From contig NMRA01000138.1 of NCBI GenBank assembly GCA_002633005.1, forward strand, positions 239,887 through 303,886: a stretch of 64,000 nt of DNA, written 5' to 3'. Within the stretch, counting starts at the first letter, position 1. Each line of letters opens with the position of its first letter. Below are positions 53,605-64,000 of this stretch, piece by piece. The notes beneath the pieces are model-generated. The model worked only from the letters and a program-made list of their open reading frames with translations, was not told the DNA's origin and searched no databases. Origin of the DNA: Phoronis australis (taxonomy: Eukaryota > Animalia > Phoronida). A program made the translations under genes and the position numbers.

Positions 53605-54522
53605 ACGTAACAATTCAATTGTCCACATACATCTCCCCAGATGATCTGGCTTTCTTAGTAAAGGTGAAAGGAACTGAATGTACTTCAGATGTTGTTTGTT
53701 AGTCCAATAACATTGGCCATGTAACATGTAAACAAGCCCAGGTGGACTTCTGAGGGGAAAGCAAAAATGGCTGCCAGACCAGAGATCTTCAAGAGTGATC
53801 TGGACGGAGTGAGACAAGTAAACAACTTAACATTAACCTTGAAGATAAGTACAAAAATCGCCCAAAATAACAATACAATGTGAACAACTAATACATTGAT
53901 TACACAAAAAGTGTGGTTTCACACACTTATGACGCTGCTGAAAACTGAATTCATCACTAAGCAATAATAACTCAAACAAAACCGTGACTTGACAGATCCT
54001 ATAAGTAAACAATCAATCTGAAATTCAAAAGCTAACCACCAATAGAAAAGGAAAGAAAAAGAACCAGCCAAATATTGCATTTTTGACAAGTTGCCAATGA
54101 AAGTTTGAATGAAAACCCTTAATTTCAATAGATATGACAAATAACACAACAGACGCTTATGTATTCACAGCAGAACACGTCACAATAGAAACTGAAGCAA
54201 TGTTTCAGTATTCAAATACAGATAACATTCAGCTTTGTCATCATTCTATGCAGGAGTGTATTAGTGCAGCATAGCAAACAACGGTGCACAGGATTAGTTT
54301 TGTAAGTGGGCCACCTATTTTTACAATAAGATCTCATCAGTTTAAGACAAATTTTGGTGGACAAAGTGAACTTCTAACTTTTGATCATAAACGATGCAAA
54401 GCACTAATATACTATTTGTAAGTTTTTCATAGTTGCTTTTGTCAGGCAATGCTTTGAAAGAAATATTAGAAATATTAGAAATATTAGAAAAGAGAAAAAG
54501 TGTAATCACTGGCAATAATTTG

Positions 54523-54862
54523 TTAATGAAATTTGAGAGATTTTACATGCCATGGTAATGCTTCACACAGTTAGCACACAATATGGCCCACAAGTGAAAT
54601 TCTATTAATGAAATTTGAGACATTTTACATGCCATGGTAATGCTTCACACAGTTAGCACACAATATGGCCGACAAGTGAAATTCTATTAATGAAATTTGA
54701 GAGATTTTACATGCCATGGTAATGCTTCACACAGTTAGCACACAATATGGCCGACAAGTGAAATTCTATTAATGAAATTTGAGAGATTTTACATGCCATG
54801 GTAATGCTTCACACAGTTAGCACACAATATGGCCCACAAGTGAAATTCTATTAATGAAATTT
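54523..54862. repeat. 82-bp minisatellite, ~4.1 near-identical copies
   Basis: Unit TTAATGAAATTTGAGAGATTTTACATGCCATGG...GAAATTCTA starts at 54523, 54605, 54687, 54769 and 54851. Confidence 0.95.
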
Positions 54863-56675
54863 CTTCACAAAATTATTAAGATCACTAACCTACATAGTTT
54901 GTGTGTAAATGTCATAGAACATCATTAGGTTTGCAGCAAACTAATCAGACTTTGAAAAGTGACTATTTTGTGTGAAATAAGTAGAAAACTACGCTACACT
55001 AAGCAGTTTCGGGTATCCAGTCTTCTTCCCAACATCATGAGTATTCCCACAAAAACCTTTCTTTTCTCCGGAACAGACATTTCACTTCTTGCCAGCTGTA
55101 CTTCTGTTCTCATGCTCTGTATTTTTTCCCAAACACATTTCTATTTTCACGAGCAGCAATATCACGAGAACTGTGGTTTATGAAAAAAGAACTGCTAGTC
55201 CGGCTGTGCTTTGTCTGGTCTATACTGGCAAACTCTACAAAACTTCTGTTTGCAAACAAAACCAAACTCGGAGTTTGCTGATTTTTTGGTGAGTTTGGAC
55301 AACCAGTCAACACTAGTAACCCAGTCTACCAAACTTCAGGCATTAAACTCTGAAAAATTGTTTAGTCGTGTTTGACAATATTTCGCAAACTTGGAAAGAA
55401 CTGTATGGGGGGAACAATAGTTTTAAATATAAGTCTAAAAGAAAATTGTGGGAGGGAATGCATGCCTTTGTTGGCGACATAAAGAGAAGCTTTTCCCATG
55501 GAGTAGAGCATGGATTAATAATGCACTGAACATTGCCTTCTACAAAATTGGAGAATTTCTGATATGGTAAGCAAAGTTTCAAAAGTTTTTCTGATCTGGA
55601 CATGGCATGAAATTTCACCCTTTAACTGCTGATCTGAAAGTAAGACCACAAAGTCAAGATTCCTTGTATGAATTAATATTAAATTTTCTTCACAATTTAC
55701 TTTTTAATAGCTAATGTAGCACAAAGGGAGATTTAAGCCCGCCTACCCCCCCTAAAAAGCACTGATACACCATTTAAAAAACCATCTCAAACATTTGTCT
55801 TTCGGAAATCGTGGTTGGTCCTCCCTTGTGATGCCCTATACAAAAGAGCATAGCCCACATTGTTTAACACTGCTGTGTTTTACCAAACTACACCAAACCA
55901 GAATGTGCACAATCAAACATAATAACCAAAATTTAGTTTGGCAGTGTTTAGTGACTGGTCTACAATTCCCGTTCAGCACTCTCGCCGAGTACCAATCATC
56001 TTGGCCGTGAAGTAGGATTATAGCGATTGTTCTACAACGGTGACGTAGTGTGCACAAACAGCACTTTTTCACAATGGCGTCAGCCGGCCGTGGGATTTAT
56101 TGTGCTAAATAAACAACAGCTTTTTGCTTGTCCTGTTGGGTTCAAAACACACCCGCTGAATATGCTTGACCCACTCGCTTCGCCGTCTTTCATCCTTCAG
56201 AACCACCAGAAAGGGTAGAAATGTAACATCCAGCATCCATGAATAATTATCTAGCTTATCCCACTTCCTTGAATTGACATTGCAGCCCACGGGGTCAGCA
56301 GTAGTACTTCCCCAGCATGACTTAGATACAACACATAAAGTACCGTATTCAGATGACAGATACGAAAGCAAGGCTGCTGACCTGCCTGTCCTATTTGGAG
56401 GTGTGCCGCTATTTTGCACCTCACAGCATGGGAGAGCAATCATTGAGGAAGGGGAGTATTTGCAAACTGGACTAAAGAAGAGTTTGGTTGACTTTCCTAA
56501 CAAAAGGTTTGCCAGTAAACCCTGCTTTTGCAATAGTGTAGTGAGATGGGGACATCAAGGACATAACATTGGCCCCAAATTAGCCCCCCTTAACTAGTAT
56601 CTAAGAATAACATTACTTTACCTCGTCCATAATTTACACAAGTCAATGAGAACATATCTACAATTTTTGTAAAAA

Positions 56676-56830
56676 TTGCCTTCTAGGACAAACAAGTCAT
56701 TATAATTTGCCTTCTAGGACAAACAAGTCTTTATAATTTGCCTTCTAGGACAAACAAGTCTTTATAATTTGCCTTCTAGGACAAACAAGTCTTTATAATT
56801 TGCCTTCTAGGACAAACAAGTCTTTATAAT
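56676..56830. repeat. 31-bp minisatellite x5
   Basis: Unit TTGCCTTCTAGGACAAACAAGTCTTTATAAT. Confidence 0.95.
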
Positions 56831-57037
56831 GTTAAATGAAAATGTGAGCCCAAGAGTCATTTATCAATGATTCATTCCGACATAAACATAGAGGAAAGAA
56901 TAAAAAAGTAAGGAAGCTGTGTTGGAATAGAGTGAATTTTGCAAGCAATCATTTAATGCTCCCAGTGGTATCAAATCTAATCACTAGAATTGCACAACTC
57001 TTGAGCAAGGATTATAAGTTATCGGTGATAACATTGA

Positions 57038-57183
57038 ATATGAAAGCGTTCCGAGGAGCGAAACTTGGCGAAATTAACCAAAAAGATGATTATAAAGATG
57101 ATGACGAAGATGACGAATATGACGACAATGGTGGCGAGGATGAACAAAAGAAGTAATAATAACATACACATGACGAACGTAGT
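57038..57183 (-). mobile_element. Truncated family A terminus
   Basis: ATGAAAGCGTTCCGAGGAGCGAAACTTGGCGAAATTAACCAAAAAGATGA... nearly identical to 39455-39588. Confidence 0.85.
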
Positions 57184-57702
57184 ACAAGGTGAGTCTGCAG
57201 AATAACCATAGACATTCACACAAGAGAAGTACACTTCCCCAAAGACTAATACTAGCTTCAGTCACAAGAGGTGAATTTGTTTTCCATTGTAAAAACACTA
57301 GCACTTTTACTGGTGTTTTAAATATCTGACTCCAGTGAATAAGGCAATCAAAAATGCAAGTGCTTTAATTATTGAGAGAACATACCCAAGTACTGTATTG
57401 CAGAGTGCATGCTTATAAATACAATGCTCTTTGTAGAACTGCATTGGCAAGAAGCTTACTAACAGCTGTGAAAATATAATTATCACACAATCCTGCAGTG
57501 GTACAGTGCACTTCACTGAACTGGCTAATTCAGTACAATGGTGATAGAGTGAAATTGGAACATTTTCACTTGTATCTATAATGCCATCAAAATCAGATGT
57601 GAACATGTTATGGGTAAGGTCTAGTAACTCCTCAGTTGAGGATGTTATGAGATAGTAATTATTAATTTCTAACAAACTGGAAGCCCTTTTTAAAATTTCT
57701 GA

Positions 57703-58174
57703 AGATCCTTTCATACTAACGTCCACGGGTCGATGTTTTGGGGTGTTGCAGTCAGTAAGAATGCTTAACTTCGGTCCTGGATCGAAGTTAACAGCGCCAG
57801 TTCACTTTGCAGTAAACAGGTGGATTTAAAAGCGGAGCAGTATGAACGATCAACTTCGGTCCTATCGAAGTTATCGCCAGGTGCCACTATTATCGTCAAC
57901 AATTAAGGGGTAGTGCCATCACTACTAGTAGTTGCTCATATTTCGCTCTAATAATCAACAATCGCATTAAAAATAAGTTTTATGTCAATTATCACATATC
58001 AATGTTCCCAATTTTCATATTAAAAAATCTTAGTGTGCAGCGCTTCCTTACGATTACTTCGATGATAAGTGTCACCTAGCATTTACTTCGAAGTCCGTTA
58101 ACTACTAAAGCCAGTATGAACGATAAATAGTTACCTTCAGCTCAGATCGGAGTTAAGTCAGTATGAACATGTCT
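57703..58174. mobile_element. Inverted copy of the same Harbinger-type MITE
   Basis: Reverse-complement similarity to 26024-26514 along its length. 3-bp TSD TGA at 57700-57702 and 58175-58177. Confidence 0.7.
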
Positions 58175-60482
58175 TGAGAAAGCATTTTCCACGTCATATA
58201 CCAGCAATGCTCATATCATCTATTCAAATGTTCTTACATGATCATAAGTACATATGTCAAACAAATATCCAATCTAAACCAGAAGCTGTCATTTAAAATC
58301 AGTTGTTTCACAAACTGAATTCACCTTAAGGCCACAACCTTTTCACCTGGTTCTCATATAAATGCTTAGTCAAGCACAAAATTATTTGTAAGCTCAACCA
58401 CACAAGTCATTGACTGAACCACCATTTTTCTCCCAGTATGCCCAGGACAACCCAACTGTTAACAGATCAATTATACTAATATTTTTCCTTACCAACCGCA
58501 CACAGTACTCAGCTGACTTTAAAAACTCATAAATCAGACATCAAAACACCTACTAACCTCATATAACCCTACAAGTTAGGAGAGGACAGGTATACATAGG
58601 TTACCTACATGGTGGTGTACCAAAAACCAGACACAAGACAAGATGGCATGCAGAGAACTCTTTAAAAAGTAATGGTAGCTGAAGAAACTGATTCCAATTG
58701 ACGCATTAAATTATGACATATTATATAATGACACAGTAATTTCCTTCTTCAAATAGAATTCCATTTATGTGACTAGACTCCTATAACAATTTCTCAGCAG
58801 CCAACAAAGGACAGACTGGTTACAGCAAAACTTACATGATACCGCCAAGTCGCCAACAAGTGAAATTTTTTTTTTCCACGGAAGATCAGTAACACCAAAT
58901 AATAGCTATATCATTCAAAGATGTGCATCGTAGCTTACAGCCACCATTTGATAATGATTCTGAAAAATTTTGGGCATCCACAAAAAGTCTGAAGGAGTCA
59001 AAGCCTTTGAAAAATGAAGGAAGACTAATTCTGACAATTATTTTTGTCCCAAACTAGTAAAATTTCAACATAAATAATACATACAGTGACATGGGGGCTG
59101 GNGTCAACTTATGTTATAACTGACATGAACGCATTTGGAGGCTTTTGAAAAAAAGATTTTGGCGAAAAAATGATACCGACGTGTTCTTTTCATGCGCAAC
59201 TTTAAAAATGAAGTGGAACAGACCAGAACCCAATATCATTGTAGTGTGTCCATCTCAATAAGGAACAAGATGAAGCGTATCTTACAATCAGGAAATGGCC
59301 TAAATCAAATATTCCTTTATGATAGAAGGCACAGGCTTACTGCACCTTCAACTCTAAAACAGAGGAGTGTCATGAATACACATATGTATTTTAAATAGCT
59401 TGAACGCAATTAGTTTCATATAGTTCAGAGGTTACTCCAGGACCTGTAAAATTGTCTCTGCGTTTAAATTGACTGTACCATATGTGTTAGTGAGCCATCA
59501 CTTTTATTAAGTTTACAAGCAGTAATGGTGAGAGTCGTATAATTTGCGCTAACTTTTAGCTACCACCTGCCAAGCATTAATTTTCATTTTTACTTGAAAC
59601 AAAGGTTCTAGCATCAAACGCAGCCAGTCCAATAAGTAGCAACTTAGAAAACTTCACAGTTACTGTACCACTAAAGTAATCAAAAACAAAAAGAAGGTGT
59701 GTTTAAAACATCTGTCAATTTGAAAACTGGGTTTGTGTTTATTACAAGACAACTTAATTGGTAGTTTTTTGGTCAACAAACATGTACAATATGCACACAC
59801 ATGTCAAACTGACCTAATCCAGATCTTGAATTTCATAAACAAGAGTCACTTTGTAACATGTAAATGACAAGAAATGAGTCATGTTGCATTGTCAATGTAG
59901 TGAGGGATCAATTATTGACAATAATCAATTATTAACATCAGCACTCTTTGTAATTATGCGACCTAGCATTGTTAGCCCGTGCATACTTAGCATGAAACTG
60001 CACTATCAAAAAAAATCAATAGTCCAATGCAACTGCTACTTAATATACCCGATTTTGTGCTTAAAACACACCATGACTAATGACTTAAAGATTGCAATCA
60101 CATGCCTAATAGCAATTTTTGGAATTCCTGTAATTCAATAAAAAGCAACAAGTGATTCCTGAAATGATAACACCCACGCTTTACAACGGTCATATGAATG
60201 TCAATATCACCATTTTGTTAGGCATGCATCCCAAATACAATGCAATCCACCTTGAAATTTTGTGAGTTGTTCTGACACAGCCTTCTATAATAACACATTT
60301 AAAACAAAAATAAAATTATAACTTTATTTAAAGTAAAACATGAACTTGAACATAGCTATAAATAGTCAATGAACACCCTAGGCACTTCAATGATTAGTAG
60401 ATGAACTTATGTTCAAATAACATTTCAAAAAGCACAGAATGTAAAACAGTTCGGTAACAATGCAGCATCCAAAATTAATTAC

Positions 60483-60785
60483 CTGACAGTCGTATAATTC
60501 CCGCAACTGACCGTCCATCCAGTCCTCAACATTTAATCGCTTCCTTATCAATTTCATTTGATGCAACCCGTATTTGGCTGTGAGATATTTCTTTTTCTTT
60601 TCATGAATCTCATCGCGTGATTGTTGAGAAAATCCCACCCGGCTATCTGGTGAGTCTCTCTTATCACATTTTTCTAGATATCTGTTATCTAGTCCATTCG
60701 AAGGTGGAACACTAACTTTAGCCGGTGCAGGCCGACTCTCCCTGTAAGCAGCCATCGCCGATGCAACTTCCGAAACTTCTGACAT
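60483..60785 (-). CDS. PPP1R14: PPP1R14/CPI-17/PHI-1 family PP1 inhibitor, coding exon 1
   Basis: ATG at 60785. Translation has an N-terminal RVGF (RVxF-type) motif and KKKKYLTAKYGLHQMKLIRKRLNVEDWMDGQLRELYDCQ, matching the PHIN domain (cf. CPI-17 RVTVKY...RLDVEKWIDGRLEELY). Ends at CAG|GTAATT donor (GT at 60482-60481), phase 0. Confidence 0.93.
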
Positions 60786-61300
60786 CTGTGTTCAAGTTTT
60801 GGAATCAACGTTCATACACACATAAAGAAACCAGGAAGTGGACATTAATTTTCATGAAATATAAGAAAAACAAAAAAATGAAAAAATAATTGTAACTCTT
60901 CTCTCAGATTGCGCTTTTAAATACAAATTATATTATATTTTTTTGGTAGCTACACATTTTACAGTAGTTTCTTTACAGTTGCGCAATAATATAGAGTGCT
61001 TTGCCCGGCACCAGTAAAAAAGCATAAATGACGTGTTCAAACAAATGCTGACTTTTAAATTTTTCACTGCTTATTTTTCAGAATGTGCTATGATTTTTTA
61101 AGATAAAATATATAATTCAAACTATATGCGCCTTTTTTTGACTACGTAAGTAAACATTGATTTATGGATAAACATTACGAACTCTCAATTACTACTTTAA
61201 CAAGACTCGCAGCATCTCCGCCATATTGAACAACAATACTAGATCGTGATGGGAAGTAGTCGGTGAAACTGTTGTTTATCGTAACAAGAGGGAGTTAACC
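60786..61300. promoter_or_regulatory. Bidirectional promoter / 5'UTRs between PPP1R14-like and LRP11-like genes
   Basis: Two divergent start codons 515 bp apart. ETS-like CAGGAAGTG at 60832-60840, TGACGTG near 61029, YY1-like CCGCCATATT at 61218-61227. Confidence 0.65.
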
Positions 61301-61609
61301 ATGGGAGAAACCATGTGGAAAGTTTTGCTCATATCATATTTGTTCAGTTGTGTTACTGTTAATGCCGATAAGGAGCTTCTAGGAGACGAAATTTCCTCCG
61401 ATATCCTTCAAGAAATACAGAAGCGACTGGATATTCCTCCAAAATGTCATTCGACACGACACTCGTCCACAATAATACGAACGAATGAATCTCTTAGTGC
61501 AGGAGCTGAATTTTTGACGTCCAGGAATGTTGGCTCAGAAAGATCTTGTCAGAAGCTGTGTTGCCAGTATACAGATTGTAATGTGGCCATATTTGAAGGA
61601 GATGATGAG
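61301..61609 (+). CDS. LRP11: Signal peptide + MANSC domain protein (LRP11/SPINT1-like), coding exon 1
   Basis: Kozak-like ACCATGG; hydrophobic leader MWKVLLISYLFSCVTVNA; TIIRTNESLSAGAEFL...SCQKLCCQYTDCNVAIFE matches MANSC (cf. LRP11 IIRTKDSLAAGASFL...CVAACC...CSVAVVE). Donor GAG|GTTCGT at 61610. The ORF-track extension beyond 61609 is intron/transposon. Confidence 0.85.
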
Positions 61610-61645
61610 GTTCGTTTAACATTGACCAAGTCGGCACAGGTCAGC

Positions 61646-62572
61646 TTGGCAATGACCATCGCCTCTGTTGGCCCGAACCTGAGGCAATGCAGCTCCTATA
61701 GGCGCTCCATACGCCGGAAGCTTTTTGACGAATTATGCCTCGCACCGACTAAACCATCAAAGTCATGTTGTTATAAATACCTTTTGCGCATAGAGGAACA
61801 CCAATTAGGAGGTTGTCGATGTGTTTAATTCCTTCCAACTCGAACAAATACTCCCGTTATCAAACTTTTTCTTCGAGCAGTCCCTATTTCAATTCCCAAA
61901 ATCGTGAACACAACATTTTCACTCGGTCAGAAGTTGCGGTCCTACCGGCGAACTTTGAAAGCTGAAGTTCCCGCCCTTTGCGTACGTGCTGCCGGGAACC
62001 AGCCGTGCATTTGCCGTGTTGTTAAACATTAAAATGTCAAATATGTGCACAAAGACTATTAAATGTCATATCAACAGCATTTATTTTTATCAAATACAAA
62101 CAATAATTCATTGAAATACAATCAGTTTCAAGTAACGCCAATAAAAGACAAGTATAAGTGGTGGCATTTTGGAAACGAACATTTGACTGACAAGACTGCA
62201 ATGGCTCACCTTTGGCCTATTTTTAAATCATTAAAAAGATTGAGGTCATGAAGACACATCACCTAGCGAGCGCGGTAAAAATTGGAGCGTGCGCAGTATA
62301 AAAATGGTGAGTTCACGATTTTGGGAACTGAACGAGTGACTGCTCGAACAAAAAGTTTGATAACGGAAGTATTTGCTCGAGTTGGAAGCAATTAAACACA
62401 CCGCCAACCTCCTAAGGTGTCCCTCTATACGCAAAAGGTATTTATAACAACATGACTTTCATGCTTTAGCCAGTGCGAGGCATATTTCGCTGAAAAGCTT
62501 CCGGCGTATGGAGCGCCTATAGGAGCTGCATCGCCTCTGGTTCGGGCCAACAGAGGCAATGGTCATTGCCTA
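61646..62572. mobile_element. Non-autonomous DNA transposon with ~270-bp TIRs and 9-bp TSD (AcademH- or Mutator-like)
   Basis: TIR T(A/T)GGCAATGACCAT...; 61646-61920 pairs with 62295-62572. CAGGTCAGC at 61637-61645 and 62573-62581. Confidence 0.85.
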
Positions 62573-62590
62573 CAGGTCAGCGATCCCTGC

Positions 62591-62735
62591 TAGTGCTAGA
62601 CAGTGGCCACAGTCTCTACTGCGGAGCCAGAACCTTGAACCTTTTCGGTGAATTGTGCCTCACACTGATTAAAAAATCAAAGTCACGTTGTTATAAGTAC
62701 CTTTTGGCTTGCGCATAGAGGGACACCCTAATAGG
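62591..62735 (+). mobile_element. Fragment related to the TIR of the 61646 element
   Basis: CTTTTCGGTGAATTGTGCCTCACAC...AAAGTCACGTTGTTATAAGTACCTTTT...GCGCATAGAGGGACACC matches 61721-61802. Confidence 0.55.
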
Positions 62736-62852
62736 CGCCCAGGGCGCTTAGAAAAATTTGTTTCAAGAAGGGGGTAGCGCTTATTATAGCCTAAGACGGT
62801 TGAAACACGGTCTCCAACACATCTGTGACGTATCTGTAACCTATGACAGGGT

Positions 62853-63300
62853 TTCTACAAAATTGTGGTGCATTGCTGTCAAGCTTCGGTGTTAAATTAC
62901 AATCATTTTTCATAAAATTGTGCTAAAATCCCAGGGTGAAAAGTCGCTGACTGATGCGTCACTACGTCGCGATTGTCGATAGAGCAACTTGAATTCTTGA
63001 ACGAAAATACAGTTTCAACTCAAATTACCTAAAGTCCTCCTTAGGTTTTCAAAATAGTGTCTTCAAGATTTTTAAATTCTGGTGGAGTCGGGATTAACTG
63101 CATATTAAGTCCAAATCTGCACTAGATCGTACCCCGCAACACGAGAAAAATCTCTGGACAAACACACATGTTGCTGTCACGTGACGTTTGTTTTGAAGTT
63201 CGTCTGGGTGTTGTGTGAGTGAGCGAGCGTGTGTGTGTCATCAGAGTTCATTTGCCAGCAGAGTAAACGCAATTTAACGATCTACTAGGTGTGCATTGTA
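62853..63300 (+). repeat. Dispersed repeat, copy 2
   Basis: Matches 53-490. Confidence 0.85.
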
Positions 63301-64000
63301 ACTAAAGAAATTAATGTTAGCAGGAAGAGATAACCAGGAAGGGACAACTGTTTTAGCGCATTTTAACGGATATTCAAAAGTGATTTCAAAAGTAAATGTT
63401 AAAGTCGTCTGGAATCCAAGCATTGTGTTTGAAAGCTTAACTCTTTAGCTATAAAATGACACCACTTTGGTCCCCAAAGACTGCATATTAATGGCACTAG
63501 GATGCTTTGAACATGACTTGTTTTACCCTTAAAAAGATGCCTCTTCCCAGGCACGTACTCGGGCATGATCCTCTTTTTTGAACCAACAGATGTCACTTAT
63601 ATATGCAAATGAGGCTCGCATCTCCTATGTCATATGACGTCATACGATGTCATACGACGCGAACTTCCAATTTGATCCCTCCGGTGCCTATAGCGAATGA
63701 CTTGAAACGCAGTTCTACCTGATTGGGCAGATCTAAGAAAATTAAGAACTCACACAAGTCAATGTTCTTTGAACATTGACTTGTGTGAGTGTGTGCATGG
63801 TGTCACATGAAAATACATTTAATTGTATTTGGATACGCTTGCTTATGTGTAAGCGTGGACTGTCATTTTGCTTAAATCCCGTAGTCAAGAAATTAGCTAC
63901 TCCCGCCACGGGTGGCAGGTGTCGTGGCGTCCGAGTCGCCGGGAAGTCCGATCCATGCATGCGCAATTCGACGAACTAATGCTAGTCGCTGGTCAGCTCC

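Noticed and set aside
54523-54862. Regular repeat resembling a CRISPR array
   Set aside because: Units are contiguous and near-identical with no unique spacers. Eukaryotic context, no cas genes. The same applies to 56676-56830.
57088-57112. FLAG-tag-like GATTATAAAGATGATGACGAAG (DYKDDDED) in ORF 56932-57156
   Set aside because: It is the GAT/GAC microsatellite of the family A terminus (cf. 39498-39530), not vector sequence or a real acidic protein.
60387-60482. C-terminal part of the 132-aa ORF
   Set aside because: Intron read-through after the CAG|GTAATT donor; family similarity resumes at 45198.
61610-61828. C-terminal part of the 175-aa ORF
   Set aside because: MANSC similarity stops at a GT donor; the remainder runs through a transposon TIR.

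Overview
AT-rich eukaryotic genomic DNA from a draft, heterozygous animal assembly, with three N gaps and two near-exact duplications flanking single 'n' joins. Gene content suggests a non-vertebrate bilaterian, perhaps an invertebrate deuterostome (inference only). Almost all listed ORFs are spurious. Recognisable genes: (1) a spliced PPP1R14/CPI-17-family PP1 inhibitor on the minus strand (exons 60483-60785, 45115-45198, probable last exon 42726-42764); (2) head-to-head with it, 515 bp away, exon 1 of a signal peptide + MANSC protein (LRP11/SPINT1-like, 61301-61609); (3) a possible promoter and short first exons of an unidentified minus-strand gene at about 30.2-30.7 kb and 24.8 kb. The rest is intronic or intergenic and rich in non-autonomous transposons: two Helentron/DINE-like families, several CA...TG elements with 5-bp TSDs, an AcademH/Mutator-like element with a 9-bp TSD, Harbinger- and Tc1/pogo-type MITEs, a tRNA-derived SINE head and minisatellites. 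The most striking signals are a Helentron-like family whose ~145-bp internal repeats each carry a co-oriented CTCF-consensus motif, and the PPP1R14-MANSC divergent pair that matches the arrangement I recall at three human paralogous loci.
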